Source: Eledone cirrhosa
Lineage: Eukaryota
NCBI GenBank assembly: GCA_964016885.1
Contig: OZ024740.1
Location: 288,362,001-288,426,000, forward strand
Reading direction: 5' to 3'
DNA length: 64,000 bases
A program made the translations under genes and the position numbers. Positions 39,708 through 53,227 of this stretch are shown here, piece after piece. How positions within the stretch are numbered: position 1 is the stretch's first letter; every line of letters starts with the position of its first letter. The notes below the pieces were generated by a model, which was not told where the DNA came from, made no database searches, and was given only the letters and a program-made list of their open reading frames with translations.

Positions 39708-40040
39708 GATGGTATCCAATGATGTTGACTTGTTCTTCTTTTTGGTAAATATCATCTTGGTTAAGAGAGTGGGACTGGCTTTGTGCAGTGCCTTTGCTCA
39801 CTATAAAAGCTTCACGGCACAGGCATTGCTTTATATCTGGAGATCTCTCTGCACTTGTCGTCACATGGTACCATGGGCCCAGCACTATGTGTCAATAATT
39901 GTCACAAGTGTAGTGTTTGTACCAGAGCTTTCAAGTCGCTGGCTGGACTAAAAAGTCACACTCGTTCAGCGCATCAGTAGGGGTTCTCCTACATGGATAT
40001 AAAGTAGTGGCCGTACTCGAAAACGAGTTGGCAGCCACCA
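39705..40040 (+). mobile_element. 5'-truncated non-autonomous RTE derivative in (TA)n
   Basis: Matches 29619-29955. Confidence 0.85.
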
Positions 40041-40259
40041 TATATATATATATATATATATATATACGCACACACACACACACATGCACACACTATATCA
40101 TCATTATCATAAATTAACATCCATTATATATATAATGGTGGATTGGCAGTATCGGTAGAGTTACGGCCCTTGCCATTCTGAGTTCAAATCCCGCCAAGGT
40201 TGGGGGTATTTTGTTAGAGATGCCTACTGACTGTAGTAGGTTTTACTATGTATTTAGGT

Positions 40260-40385
40260 AAGGCGGGTCTTCTCTGTTACTGAGTACCGCCAAAGGTCTC
40301 GGTCCAGTGACATTGTCTTGGAGAGGTGTAAGTGTGTGAGGTCGGAGTTTATCAGATCGTCCCAGGTTTTTCTAGGTCTGCCTAT
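40260..40385 (-). mobile_element. RTE 3' fragment
   Basis: Reverse complement of ~36765-36890. Confidence 0.8.
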
Positions 40386-40556
40386 ATCTTCTTTTTCTTC
40401 TTCACCAACATGTTCCTGGTCAGAGAGTCGTCACGGCAGCCTCCTAAGACATTTTTCCAAAGGGAATTATCAGAACCAACAGTCTCCAGCTGGATGAATT
40501 AGTGATTGACTCAATAAAATCAAAACTCAAGTATCAATGAACATAAATAATAACAA

Positions 40557-41237
40557 TAATTATTTCTACTTTTGGCACAAGGCCAGCAATTATTCCAGTG
40601 TATTACTGGTACTTTATTTTATCGACCCCGTAAGGATGAAAGGCAAAGTTAACTTCGGCGGGATTTGAACTCAGACCATAAAGGGCCGTAACTCTTTGCT
40701 GCAACGCATGGCGTCCGACCCTCTACCGATACTGCCAATCCACCGCATAAATAATAACAATAATAATCATTGTTTCTACTTCAGGCACAAGGCTAGCAAT
40801 TTGAAGGGGAGGGGAAAGTTTTTTAATCGACCCCAGTGCATTACTGGTACTTTATTTTATCGACCCTGTAAGGATGAAAGGAAAACTAACCTTGGCAGGA
40901 TTTGATCTCAGAAAATAAAGTTATGGCCCTTTATGTTCCGAGTTGAAATCCTGCTGAGGTTAACTTTGCCTTTCATCCTAACGGGGTCGATAAAATAAAG
41001 TACCAGTAATGCATTGGGGTCGATTTAAAAAACTTTCCTTTTCTCCCAATAATTGTTTCTACTTTAGGCACAAGGCCAGCAAATACCCAGTGCATTACTG
41101 GTACTTTATTTTATCGACCCCGTAAGGATGAAAGGCAAAATTAACCTCGGCGGGATTTGAACTCAGATCGTAAAGGGACGTAACTATGCTGGAAAGCATG
41201 GCGTCCGACCCTCTACCGATACTGCCAATCCACCGCC
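40557..41237. mobile_element. Cluster of four SINE family A copies (-,-,+,-)
   Basis: Family A consensus; the last copy has TSD ttctcccaataat. Confidence 0.88.
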
Positions 41238-41259
41238 CTTCTCCCAATAATAATAATAA

Positions 41260-42300
41260 TGATAATTTCTTTTATTGGCCACAAGGGCTCAAGACATTGG
41301 GGTCAATACAAGGACAATAGATAATACATCATAACACAAAATGGGATTTACATCATGTAAAAAGGACATCACTGAAGTGGAAACAGTGAGAATAATAGTA
41401 ATAGAAATAGATATATATAACAATAGAAAAACAATAACAAATGTCAACAAGGACAAGTTCTCCAATAGTGGGAGACAGCACATTAGGGTAATCCCAGGAA
41501 GAAACCCTGCATAAAACCCTGGATTACTCTGCTACTTCGCGGGCATTAAAAAGTGTCCTCTCCCAGTTTCCTTTCTCCTACTTAGACAGGCAGAGTTAGA
41601 TTAGGCCCTTTCAGCTACATCAATCTCACTGCTCTCAGCCATCTTTCATAAAACACACTAGACAGTGACAGACAGTAACAGTGGAATTTGAAGAAGTTAA
41701 GGGTTTGACCAAAGAAGAAAGTTCCTATCCTGAATCCTTTTAGCCATCTGCTACACAGCTTTCTTCACCATAGTTACCAGAGAAGACTTGCTATGACTCT
41801 CTTCTAAAAGAAGATGGCAGTTTAATATTCTCTATATACCAAGTTGGTAGCTGGATCTGTCCTACACATGATAGCAGTTATTCAACACAGTCCCACAACT
41901 CTGCAATGGATGGGCACTGGGCGATAGCATGCAGGATGATTTCATCCCACTGTGTGCATCTTGGACAAGCTTTAGAGCTTGTCTTGAACTGGAAGCGTCC
42001 GTCTGTAGCACTGCCATGCCAAGGATTGTTGGAGCTTGTGCATGATCCCTGATCTGGAAGTTCTCCAGAAGAGCCTGTTCAGACTAACCTCATCAAAACC
42101 TAGAGCCACTCCCAGGCCATCATTGTTCATACCTTCCACTAACCTTCTATAGAAAACAAGAGTTGTTTTCTGACCTCCTATTGTGTTGTTCAGTTGGTAT
42201 AGTATTGTGAGTGCCTATCAATTTTCTAGATGCCAGTTGCCCAAAATGGTAGCTCAGTCAGGGAGATGATCTCTGGGAAGACATGTTGCATGAAAGGTGC
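41260..42300 (-). pseudogene. Decayed Tx1/L1-like LINE 3' region
   Basis: Minus-strand CCHC knuckle ACPRCTQWDEIILHAIAQCP; 3' end ggccaataaaagaaatt(att)n; a second 3' stub at ~42700-42750. Confidence 0.6.
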
Positions 42301-42484
42301 CCACAATTTGGGCTTCACTTTTATTGCTATCTTCTCCACATACTGAATTTTGAGCCCACTGGTTTGTTCTGGTTAATGTAGGCTCCAGTAATCTGCTGGT
42401 ATTCTCTGGCACAATGCCAGCAATTTGGATAGGGAAAAGTCAATTATATTGACCCCAGGAGTATATATATATATATATTAATAA

Positions 42485-42957
42485 TGGTTTCTGATTTAGG
42501 AACAAGGCTAACAATTTGGATGGAAAGTCGATTAAATTGGCCCCAGTGTATTGTTTTATCTACCCCGTAAGGATGAATGGCAAAGCAATATTTGAACTCA
42601 GAATGCAAAGGGACGCAACTCTATGCCACAAAGTATGTTATCCAAGGCTCAACTGATACTGCCAATTCACTACCCTTATAGTAATAATAATAATAATAAT
42701 AATGATAATTTCTTTTATTGGCCACAAGGGCCCAGGACTTGGGGACAATACATATCATATATAACAATATTGTTTCTACTTTTAGCACAAGGCCAGCAAT
42801 TACCCCAGTGTATTACTGGTGCTTTATTTTATCAACCCTGCAAGGATGAAAGGCAAAGTTAACCTCGGCGGGATTTGAACTCAGATCATAAAGGGCCATA
42901 TAACTCTATGCTGCAAAGTATGCTGTCTGATGCTCAACCGACACTGCCAAACCACCA
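42485..42957 (-). mobile_element. Two SINE family A copies
   Basis: Reverse complement of the consensus. Confidence 0.8.
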
Positions 42958-44380
42958 AATAATAATGATAATGATCTATTTTATTTGTCACAAAGGCATC
43001 GGAGTCATTTGAAAGACAAGTTGCAACATGAAGTAATAGGTGCATGCATGTGGTTTTTAGTTCAGACACACACCTCATGAAAGTGCTTTCTACTATAACT
43101 TTGGGTTGAGCAATGTCTTGTGAGTGGAATATAGTAGAAAGTGCAGAATCCTCTCATATCTGTGTGTGTGTCTATGCTTATGTTCGGGTTTGTGTTCTGT
43201 AACTTATTTATGCGGCAAAAGGAGGATCAATGAAATAAGTACCAGACTTAAAATAAATAAGCACTGAAGTCTTTAGGATTGACAAAAATCAAGGCAATGC
43301 CCCAGCATGGCCATAATCTAATGACTAAAATCAGTGAAACAAAAATACCCACACACAGATATATGTATATAGAAAGAGAGAGAGAAAGAGAAACACACAC
43401 ATATGTATATATTTCTTTTTACTTCAAAAACCTTGTTTGTAAATAATAATATTCTTTCTTTCCCATTTCCTTAACATGTTCAACATTACCTTATCTTCTC
43501 TTCAACATTTTATACCGATACAAATTACCCCCTTTGATAATGCATAAAATGCTGAAACCGGTAATAGGCAATTATTAAATATATAAATAAATAAATAAAT
43601 GCCATTGTTAATTAATAAATAAATTAACTAATACCTTAACACACAAAGTAAAATATTTTGTTTTAAACATTTTCTAACCCAGAAAAAAGAGAAAAAAATA
43701 AAGGGAAAAAAAAATATTTTCCTTCCTAATAATCGTCTTTTTCTCCCTGTTTTCATATATATATATATATGAGAGACAGAGAGAAACACACACACACACA
43801 CACGGACGTAAAATGATGATGATGATATTGAAAGAGAGAGAGAGAGAGAGAAACACAGACAAACATTAAAATGTTTTATGTACTTTAAGTAATTAGATAG
43901 CTTGTATACTTAATCTTATTACATATTTGACTTATTGGTCCTACTTTCCTTTTCCTCAACTTCATTCATACCTTACTCTCTATATTGTTTGCACTTTACT
44001 TGGTATTTGTTACAATATCTTACTTCAACTGATGCAATTGTAATCTAGAGATCTTGAGGCACTGTTGTTGCCTAAACACAATTTTTTAATTGCCTGTGAA
44101 CTCTCAACCTTAGAACCAGTCTAAATCCTATCTGAAGACATATATTAAATATCCATAATTCAGGACATAGACAAGTAATCTTTTTGTCAAACATATTCTG
44201 CAAAATGTATAATTCTTTTATTTTTCTTATTTACAGCAACATACATATTGAAATAGAAATACACATCTCACTCTCCCCCCCCCCTCTCTCTTTATATATC
44301 TATATATCTATATATATATATATATACATATATATGTGTGTACATATATATATATATACACACATATATATATGTGTAAA

Positions 44381-44700
44381 AAAGAAAATTTCGCTCTACA
44401 TGGCTGAATACAATAAATGTAATCTGAGTTTTTCGAATATTAATAATAACATTCGATTCGTTTGCAATTATGCATATATTTTCATTAGCTCTGACAGTTT
44501 GGCAGGGGAACAGTGAGCTGTACTGATGAAGCGTGATACCCAGAAACATTAGTGTCTGCAGTTCTGTTCGCATGCCAACATAAGAGCAAGAATGAAGTGT
44601 TCATTCTACTGACATGGCTATAAAATTGAGGCTTGTTTGCATAATTGCAAACGAATCGAATGTTATTATTAATATTCGAAAAACTCAGATTTCATTTATT
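44381..44700 (+). mobile_element. Family B fold-back unit retaining its hammerhead
   Basis: Inverted arms ~44412-44473 and 44638-44700; hammerhead between them. Confidence 0.75.
44515..44564 (+). ncRNA. Type-I hammerhead ribozyme motif
   Basis: gagctgta-CTGATGA-agcgtgataccca (weak stem II)-GAAA-ca ttag tg-TC-tgcagttc. Confidence 0.7.
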
Positions 44701-44708
44701 ATATATAT

Positions 44709-45153
44709 ATGAATGTATGTATAGTATATTTGGTAATATACTGTATGTTTAATTAAAAACATTTAGAAGACCATTCGCTATGAGTTTTAAAGTAGTGACT
44801 ATGTCACTTACTTACTCTCGGCAAAAACAACAGAGAGTGGCTGACAGACAGTCTGTTTCTCGCTTGTGAGCATTTATCAAGACTACACACTCAGTTGCCT
44901 TTGCCGAGAATTATAGAGGCTGGATTCTTATAGAATTCCAGTAATAATCAGGAGTTGAATAAACAGAGCGATTGCTGGTCCAGCAAAAATTAAGTATTAG
45001 TATTGGTGCTCTGAAATAGCGATGTATGCATGAATGTATGTATAGTAGTATATTTGGCAATATTCTGTACGTTTAATTAAAATACAGTTTAATTAATATA
45101 CAGTATATTGCCAAATATACTATACATACATTCATGTATACACCAATACTAAT
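44709..45153. mobile_element. ~320-bp structured non-coding unit with terminal redundancy and inverted tail
   Basis: Direct repeat 44709-44758/45030-45082; inverted copy 45088-45153; homologues at 4090-4176 and 37317-37345. Confidence 0.65.
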
Positions 45154-45172
45154 ATATATATATGTATATATA

Positions 45173-45654
<482 letters not shown>

Positions 45655-46144
45655 TATATATATAGAGATTTATATATATACATACACACATATATATATG
45701 TTGGTCACCTGACCTAACTTGCCTCTAAATGGGACAAACCCGACTAAGCTATGCTAGCGTGGAAGATGGACATTAAACAATGATGATGATGATATATATT
45801 TTCACTTTAATGTCTGCTTTCCTTGTGAACAAGAGTTTTATACACACACACACAATGGTGGTGATAATGATGATGAAGAGGAGGAGGATATACATTTCTC
45901 ACTTATGGTTGTCCATCAAATTTTATGACCATCTTCAGTGGATCCCTTAATAACAGTATACTACAATCAATCTTCTCTTGCAATTGTGGATATTTTGCTG
46001 ACTTTACTTTTAACCCTTTTTTTTTACTGACCCACCAACAACTGGCTCTAGTTCTATGAAATAAAACTTCCCATTTTAAAGGGTTCTTATTTAAATTTAA
46101 ATCTTCCAACATAATTTTATATATAAGAACCATATGTTAATAAT

Positions 46145-46367
46145 GGTTTCTGATTTAGGCACAAGGGCAGCAATTTTGGGGAAGAGGAAAGTCAATTAAA
46201 TTGACCCCTGTGTGTGACTGGGACTTTATTTTATTGACCCCATAACGTGTAAGGTTGAAAGACAAAGTTAACCTCAGCGGAATTTGAACTCAGAACGCAA
46301 AGGGTCGTAACTCTATGCCACGAAGCAGGGTGTCTGACATTCTACTGATACTGCCAATCCGTTGCCA
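46145..46367 (-). mobile_element. SINE family A long variant with TSD
   Basis: aaccatatgttaataatg flanks both sides. Confidence 0.85.
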
Positions 46368-46735
46368 TAACCATATGTTAATAATGAAATAATTAATAAT
46401 TTTAGTAAATCCCTTAAAATCCTTTGTTAATTAATTCAAATAGAGTGTGTTTCATTAGAAATGTGGTAATGAAAGGGTTAAAGAACATTAAACAATAGAG
46501 GATGTAGCCATGCAGATGACCACAGTACAACAACTGTTACTGTGTATGTTACACCTATCAGGTAACCTCATGTTCAGATGCACATGGCACCTTGTCTACT
46601 GTAAGGATGATGACCATACCTGAGATTCAAGATGCATCAATCTCATTGCAAGAGAATATACTGTGCAAATGAAGCTCCATAGTGTTGTTGGAGATGCATG
46701 TTTTCCAGTATCACTCTCTTCACTGTGAATGAGAT

Positions 46736-47422
46736 CATCATCACCATCATCATCTGGCAGCCTCAATCGAAATCAACTCAATGATTGATCTCCACGTGGG
46801 TCTGTCGTTCATTGCCACTGCCAAATCCTAGATTTCAATACCAGAACCTCTGGAGATGACATCAGGATAGGAGAGCTTGCACCCCAAGTTATTAGTGACT
46901 GCTTGTGGTTTCCAAAGCACTAATGGGGTCACAGCCTCATAGGTGGCATGATGGCAGTGGCCAGCAAATCTTACTCTCCTTTTACATACAGCGACAGATA
47001 TGCATGAGAGACTAGCATATATTTCTTTCAAAGTCAGATGTCACCAGCTTATGTTCTGAATGCGTCGAAGCTAGCGAGTGTAAGTGCCATCAAGGTGCTT
47101 TTGTTGTTTGGATGAAAGCATCCATGTTTCACTTCCATATAGTAAGATCGGTTGAATTTTTACTTGGAAGAGTCTGATTTTGGTGTGGCCTTCATCTCAA
47201 CGAGTGTAAAACAGAGTACCTATCTGTACAGGCAACAACATCAAAGCAATCAACGGCAGTGATATCAAGCAAGTCGAGGATTTCAAGTATCTTAGGTCCT
47301 GAATCATGGGCTCAGAGAAGGATTTTGCCTCCAGAAAAGCCCAAGCATGGTCAGCTTGCAAGATGATGGATCGAGTTTGGTGCTCAAATCTTTCCAACCA
47401 CACCAAAATCAGACTCTTCCAA
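46736..47422 (-). mobile_element. RTE-like LINE fragment with 5' inversion
   Basis: Minus 47188-46736: TKIRLFQV..PILLYGSETW...RRVRFAGHC...(TGA)n. Plus 47190-47424: VEDFKYL...AWSACKMMDRVW..TKIRLFQV. TSD gtgaatgagat. Confidence 0.85.
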
Positions 47423-47502
47423 GTGAATGAGATAGATCCAATAGCAAGTGTGACCCAGGATCACTGGTACCCTCATATATATATTATTATTATTAAACCC
47501 TT

Positions 47503-48416
47503 TGGTGGTGGATTGGCAGTATCAGTAAAGGGTCGGACGCCATGCTTTGCAGCAAACAGTTATGGCTCTTTATGGTCTGAGTTCAAATCCCGCCGAGGTT
47601 AACTTTGTCTTTCATCCTTACAGGGTCAATAAAATAAAGTACCAGTAATACACTGGGATAATTGCTGGCCTTGTGCCAAAAGTAGAAACAATTATTAAAC
47701 CCTTTGTAGTTAATAAAGAAATCATTATTAAATCATTATTATTACGGGTTCGATAAAATAAAGTACCAGTATTGGAGCCGATTTAATCGACTTTTCCCTC
47801 TCCCCAAAATTGTTGGCCTTGTGCCGAAAGTAGAAATTATTCTTATTAGGCTGGTGGATTGGCAGCATCGGTAGAGCATTGGACAACATGCTTAGTGGCA
47901 TAGAGTTATGGCACTTTATGTTCTGGGTTCAAATCCTGCTGAGGAGTTGATAAAATAATGTACCAGTAATGAACTGAGGACGATTTAATTGACTTTCCTT
48001 TTCCCAAAAAATTGTTGGCCCTGTGCTTAAATAAAAAAAACCCATTATCATTGTTATTCGGTAGAGCGTTAGACAACATGCTTTGCAACGTAGAGTTATG
48101 GCCCTTTACATTCTGAGTTTAAATCCCACCGAGGTTAACTTTGCCTTTCATCCTTACGGGATCGATAAAATAAAGTACCAGTAATGCAGTGGGGTAACTG
48201 CTGGCCTTGTGCAAAAAGTAGAAACATTATTTGGATTGGCAGTATCGATAGAGGGTCGGACGCCATGCTTTGACGCATAGAGTTACGGCCCTTGCCATTC
48301 TGAGTTCAAATCCCGCCGAGGTTAACTTTGCCTTTCATCCTTACGGGGTCGATAAAATAAAGTACCAGTAATGCACTGGGTAATTGCTGGCCTTGTGCCA
48401 AAAGTAGAAACAATTA
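47503..48416 (+). mobile_element. Head-to-tail cluster of about five SINE family A copies
   Basis: Copies start at ~47503, 47745, 47849, 48058 and 48232. Confidence 0.88.
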
Positions 48417-49553
48417 TCTATATTACTAAAACAGAGAATGTCTGTTTGTCTGTCTGTACAATCACTAAAACTCGAAAACCACCCACCCGATTGTTTTCAA
48501 ACTTTACACATGTAATACTTATGGTCCTACTGAAGAAAAAAAATTTCAAATTTTCAATGCCCTAGGGGCCCCGCATTAGGCGATTTAGCGATCTCTTTCT
48601 CTCTCTCTTAGTCTTTCTCTTTTTAGATAGATACATAGATATTACGTTGCGCCCTTATAATATCTGTCTGTATATATATATAGTGTGTAATGCTTTTCGA
48701 AATATTTACTTCTGCTTTCACAAATTTATTATTTTAGCTTCAAAAGATCCTGTTAAGGGTGAAAGCAGCGATTCTTTGCTTAAACTTTAATCTGTTATTT
48801 TAATATATATATGGAGGCACATGGCTTAGTGGTTAGAGCATTGGCCTTGCAATTGAAAGGTTGTGAGTTCAATTCTCAGACCGGGTGATGTGTTGTTTCC
48901 TTGAGCAAGACACTTTATTTCACATTGTTCCAGTTTACTCAGTTGTAGAAACGAGATGATAGGACTGGGTTCCCTATCATTCCACTGCAAAGGGGTCGTG
49001 GAGGTGCCACGGCAAAAAAAGCACCCAGCCCACACTGTAAAGTGGACGTGTAGGCGCCACGGCAAAAAAGCACCCAGCAGTCACTGTAAATGAGGTTGGG
49101 GTTAGGAAGGGCATCCAGCTGTAGAAATCAAGCCAGAATCAGTTCCCATCCCACCCTTGCAAGCAGGGAAAAGCGGACGTAAAATGATGATGATGATGAT
49201 ATATATATATATATATATAATTATATATTCGTGTACAGATATTTTTGCATACACATATAAACAAAAGTATTTATTTTGCGATAAAGTATTGATTTTCTGC
49301 GAACGGAAAAAAACCCTGGTAATGTACGACAAACTTTTTTTATAAGCACAAAATGTAGACACCAACCCGAGGCCGAGGTATTCCGTACTTCTCTGTACTG
49401 TTATTTATATATTCGTGTACAGATATTTTTGCATACACAATAACAAAATATAAACAAACGTATTTACTTCACGATGCTCGAGAAGGATAAATATATATCA
49501 AATATATAAGAACCCTAAAGCAAATCCCGGGCAACGCCGGGCCATTCTGCTAG
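48417..49553 (+). mobile_element. Non-autonomous Helitron with nested insertions
   Basis: A|TCTATATTACTAAAA start, (tgtc)n, terminal hairpin cccgggcaacgccggg plus CTAG|T. Confidence 0.75.
48812..49200 (+). mobile_element. tRNA-CORE-RTE-tail SINE (family D)
   Basis: A box tggcttagtggttag, B box gagttcaattc, CORE tccttgagcaagacacttt; tail nearly identical to the RTE 3' end at 33798-33840. Confidence 0.9.
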
Positions 49554-49555
49554 TT

Positions 49556-50590
49556 TGGTGGATTGGCAGTATCGGTAGAGGGTCGGACGCCATGCTTTGA
49601 CGCATAGAGTTACGGCCCTTGCCATTCTGAGTTCAAATCCCGCCGAGGTTAACTTTGCCTTTCATCCTTACGGGGTCGATAAAATAAAGTACCAGTACTG
49701 TACTGGGTAATTGCTGGCCTTGTGCCAAAAATAGAAACAATTATTATTATTGTGGATTGGCAGTATCGGTAGAGGGTCGGATGCCATGCTTTGACGTATA
49801 GAGTTACGGCCCTTGCCATTCTGAGTTCAAATCCCGCCGAGGTTAACTTTGCTTTTCATCCTTATAGGGTCAATAAAATAAAGTACCAGTAATGCTCTGG
49901 GTAATTGCTGGCCTTGTGCCAAAAGTAGAAACAATTATTATTATTATCTTCATCATTGTCATTATTGTTTTTACAGTGATTTTTCCATAGGTTGGACAAA
50001 ACGTTTTGAGGCAATATTTTACTGGATAAATACTCAGACATGTGTTGATGTAATTTTGATAGCAAGTGTCATGTGGTTTAATTCCTGTCAGATGTGATTG
50101 TATTTTTCTTATGAATTTCTAATATTTACTCACACACCTCACCAACCAGCTTACTCACACACTCACAGCAAGCTTACTCACACACCTCACCAACCAGCTT
50201 ACTCACTCACTCACTCACAGCAAGCTAATTCATAAAAACTGAAGACATTATTATTAACTTTGCCGGTGGATTGGCATTATTATTAACATGGCGGTGGATT
50301 GGCAGTATCAGTAGAGATACGGGGTCGATAAAATAAAGTACCAGTAATGCACTGGGTAATTGCTGGCCTTGTGCCTAAAGTAGAAATAATTATTATTAAC
50401 TTTGCCTTTCATCCTTATGGGGTCGATAAAATAAAGTACCAGTAATGCACTGGGTAATTGCTGGCCTTGTGCCTAAAGTAGAAACAATTATTATTAACTT
50501 TGCCTTTCATCCTTACGGGGTCGATAAAATAAAGTACCAGTAATGCACTGGGTAATTGCTGGCTTTGTGCCAAAAGTAGGAACAATTATT
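49556..50590 (+). mobile_element. Further SINE family A copies, including tandem 3'-half repeats (50320-50590)
   Basis: Consensus matches at 49556, 49752, 50290, 50397 and 50495. Confidence 0.85.
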
Positions 50591-51898
50591 ATATTATAGT
50601 ATGATAGAAGAAACATGGAGAAGAAACTGCTTGTTTATGAGTTAGTAGTTGGAGAGTGATAGAGAGTGAATTTTTGTCAATCAGTCGAATGAGCTTCTTT
50701 GAGATGTTATTACCAAGGATGTTTGTGTATGTAACAGCAACTCTGTCTCAGATATATGACTGTTTAGTTTTAGCTTAGTCACAATCACAATCCAGCAGAC
50801 ACTTGATCAAAAGCACTCCAGTCATGACCATTCCATCTTAGTTTTAGGCTCAGTGTTTCCAGAGCAATTTTCTCCAGCATGTCTGTCTTTTTTTGAGGTG
50901 TGATTTGATGGAGATTTGGCTGCTATTTCTAGCCGCTTAAGCAACTGATCAAGGATTAGCTATTTTCTGGCCTTGAAGAAGAAGCCTTGTGTTTGTCATG
51001 CAGTTTTAGCAATGTTCATTGAAGTGCAATTGTCAGAGATTGTCAAGTCTAAGATTTGTAACAAATTTGAGGGTTTTAGTTCTGTGTTGTTTGTTAGTGT
51101 AAAGGGCATACTGTTATAAGATATTTTTATTTCCCTAAACAATGACTGTGTGTTGATGCTGCTGTAATGCAAGAATGGCTGAATGGTTAAGGAGTTCACA
51201 ATCTTGAGGTTCCCGAGTTCAATCCAACTGTGTGTCATCTTGAGCAAATGTCTTTTAGCATAGCCTGTGAGTGAAATTATATAGATTGACATTGTATGGA
51301 AGTTTGTTGGATGGATTTCACTCATAATTCAAAGGTTCAACCATATCACATATTGTGTCACACTGATTCTTTCAATGAATTAGTTAGGGGTACACATCTG
51401 TGGAATACTCAGCCAATTATATGTTGATTTAACATGTTAGACATTTAGTTTATGAAACAGTTGAATGTTCAATGTTGAGACAGATGAAAAACCCATCTAA
51501 TGCTGCTGAAGGTGATCAGGCTTTTGTAGAGCCCATTAAATGCAGTTTAGCCAATCCTTGTCCATAGAAGGAGTGAAATTATGGTAGACATGAGATGTCA
51601 AGAGTATGTTTGGATAGTTGTATCTATATTGGTATTATTTGTATAGAAGTAATTTGTAGTTAGAAATGATAACAAGATAAGCATTTGTAAACATAAAGAA
51701 GTATAGGAGGCATAATTAAACTCTGAAGCCAGAGTTAATAGAATATAGAACAGCGAGAGCCCTGTTGCTGTATACTGTTGTGAACTAGTCTAACAGCTAA
51801 CTCCTGGGCCAAGCGATTAAAGACTGACAAATACTGTAAAGCATTTGTTTGATACCCCTAACAATTCTGTCAATCTAGCTCTCTTGTACCCTGATATA

Positions 51899-52083
51899 AT
51901 TGTTTCTACTTTAGGCACAAGGCCAGCAATTACCCAGTGCATTACTGGTACTTTATTTTATCGACCCCGTAAGGATGAAAGGCAAAGTCAACCTCGGCGG
52001 GATTTGAACTCAGATCGTAAAGGGACGTAACTATGCTGGAAAGCATGGCGTCCGACTCTCTACTGATACTGCCAATCCACCGC
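51899..52083 (-). mobile_element. SINE family A with 18-bp TSD
   Basis: cttgtaccctgatataat on both sides. Confidence 0.92.
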
Positions 52084-52451
52084 CTTGTACCCTGATATAA
52101 TGAAAATAGTTATATATAACTGTTTCCACCAACTTCAATATGTTTAAAATGAAAACAATTAGACAATAACTGGCAGGGCAACATAGATATCCCTTCTTAG
52201 GAATGGAGCAAGCCATCATATTTCTTTAGGTTGTAATAGATCTGTGTAGAAAGAAAAATTATTGAAGTGATTGATGAGGAGAGGGGCTATGTGTACACGT
52301 GGATATACCTCATTGTATTTTGATTGTTTTGCAAGTAATATATAGTAATATATTATGACCAAAGTTTATATGGTTCATTGATTATTCAACAAATACAATT
52401 TTACAATAGATTAGAAGCACTGGACAGAAATGTTTCTGGAGTATTTAATAT

Positions 52452-52756
52452 TATTCAAAATATTAATAAATGAAAAATATTCTCATAATCAAAATATATA
52501 TTTTATTATACATATTTCAAAGGTACAATGGTGTTTAAGTACGTTTTCATCAGATAAAATATATAAGAGATTGGATATGCGACATACAGCTACGGTTTTG
52601 ATTATTCAATTCCAATAGTGGCAGTCACATATCCAATCTCTTATATATTTTATCTGATGAAAACGTACTTAAACACCATTGTACCTTTGAAATATGTATA
52701 ATAAAATATATATTTTGGATTATGAAAATATTTTTCATTTTTTAATATTTTGAATA
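52452..52756. mobile_element. ~130-bp-arm fold-back carrying a hammerhead on each strand
   Basis: Arms 52452-52583 and 52624-52756. Confidence 0.85.
52642..52712 (+). ncRNA. Minimal type-I hammerhead ribozyme (mirror copy at 52495-52565, minus)
   Basis: 12-bp stem I tatatattttat/ataaaatatata, CTGATGA, stem II aaa-c-gtac..gtac-c-ttt, GAAA, tatgta, TA. Confidence 0.8.
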
Positions 52757-52801
52757 GTAGTATATTATGTATAGATGGGGATATAACCCCGTTAAAGAAG
52801 G

Positions 52802-52880
52802 AAAAAGGCGTCAGGGGCACCTGTGGGATTTGAACTCATATCTGCTGTATACTGGATAGCTCCATTGCTATTACACTAAC
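52802..52880 (-). other. tRNA-like Pol III head with T5 terminator
   Basis: Minus strand: tagtgtaatagca (A-box-like), gagttcaaatccc (B box), then ttttt. Confidence 0.45.
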
Positions 52881-53227
52881 TTTGTTCAGTACTTCATAAA
52901 ATGATCATTTATCTGTTTACACCTGGCTGATAGATAAGGCTTATAAATAATAAGTAATTGGCGTAATAGTAACAAAGTTGTCCAGCTTGTAGTAGATATC
53001 AGTGGATTTTTACCAATTATTATACCAACTCTTGTATTATACCAACTCTATATTAAACATGCATTGAGCACTACCCTTATCAGTGGTCTTCCCAGTTTCC
53101 ACACACACATATATATATATATAATCTTATAAAAGCGATTGTTTCGCTATGAGCAATTATCATAGACAACAAAACAACACAATAATTTTCTAAGTAATAA
53201 ATTGTAAAATACATATACATTCTCTAC

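Noticed and set aside
50290-50590. CRISPR-like repeat array
   Set aside because: Units are SINE 3' halves without unique spacers, in a eukaryotic context with no cas genes.
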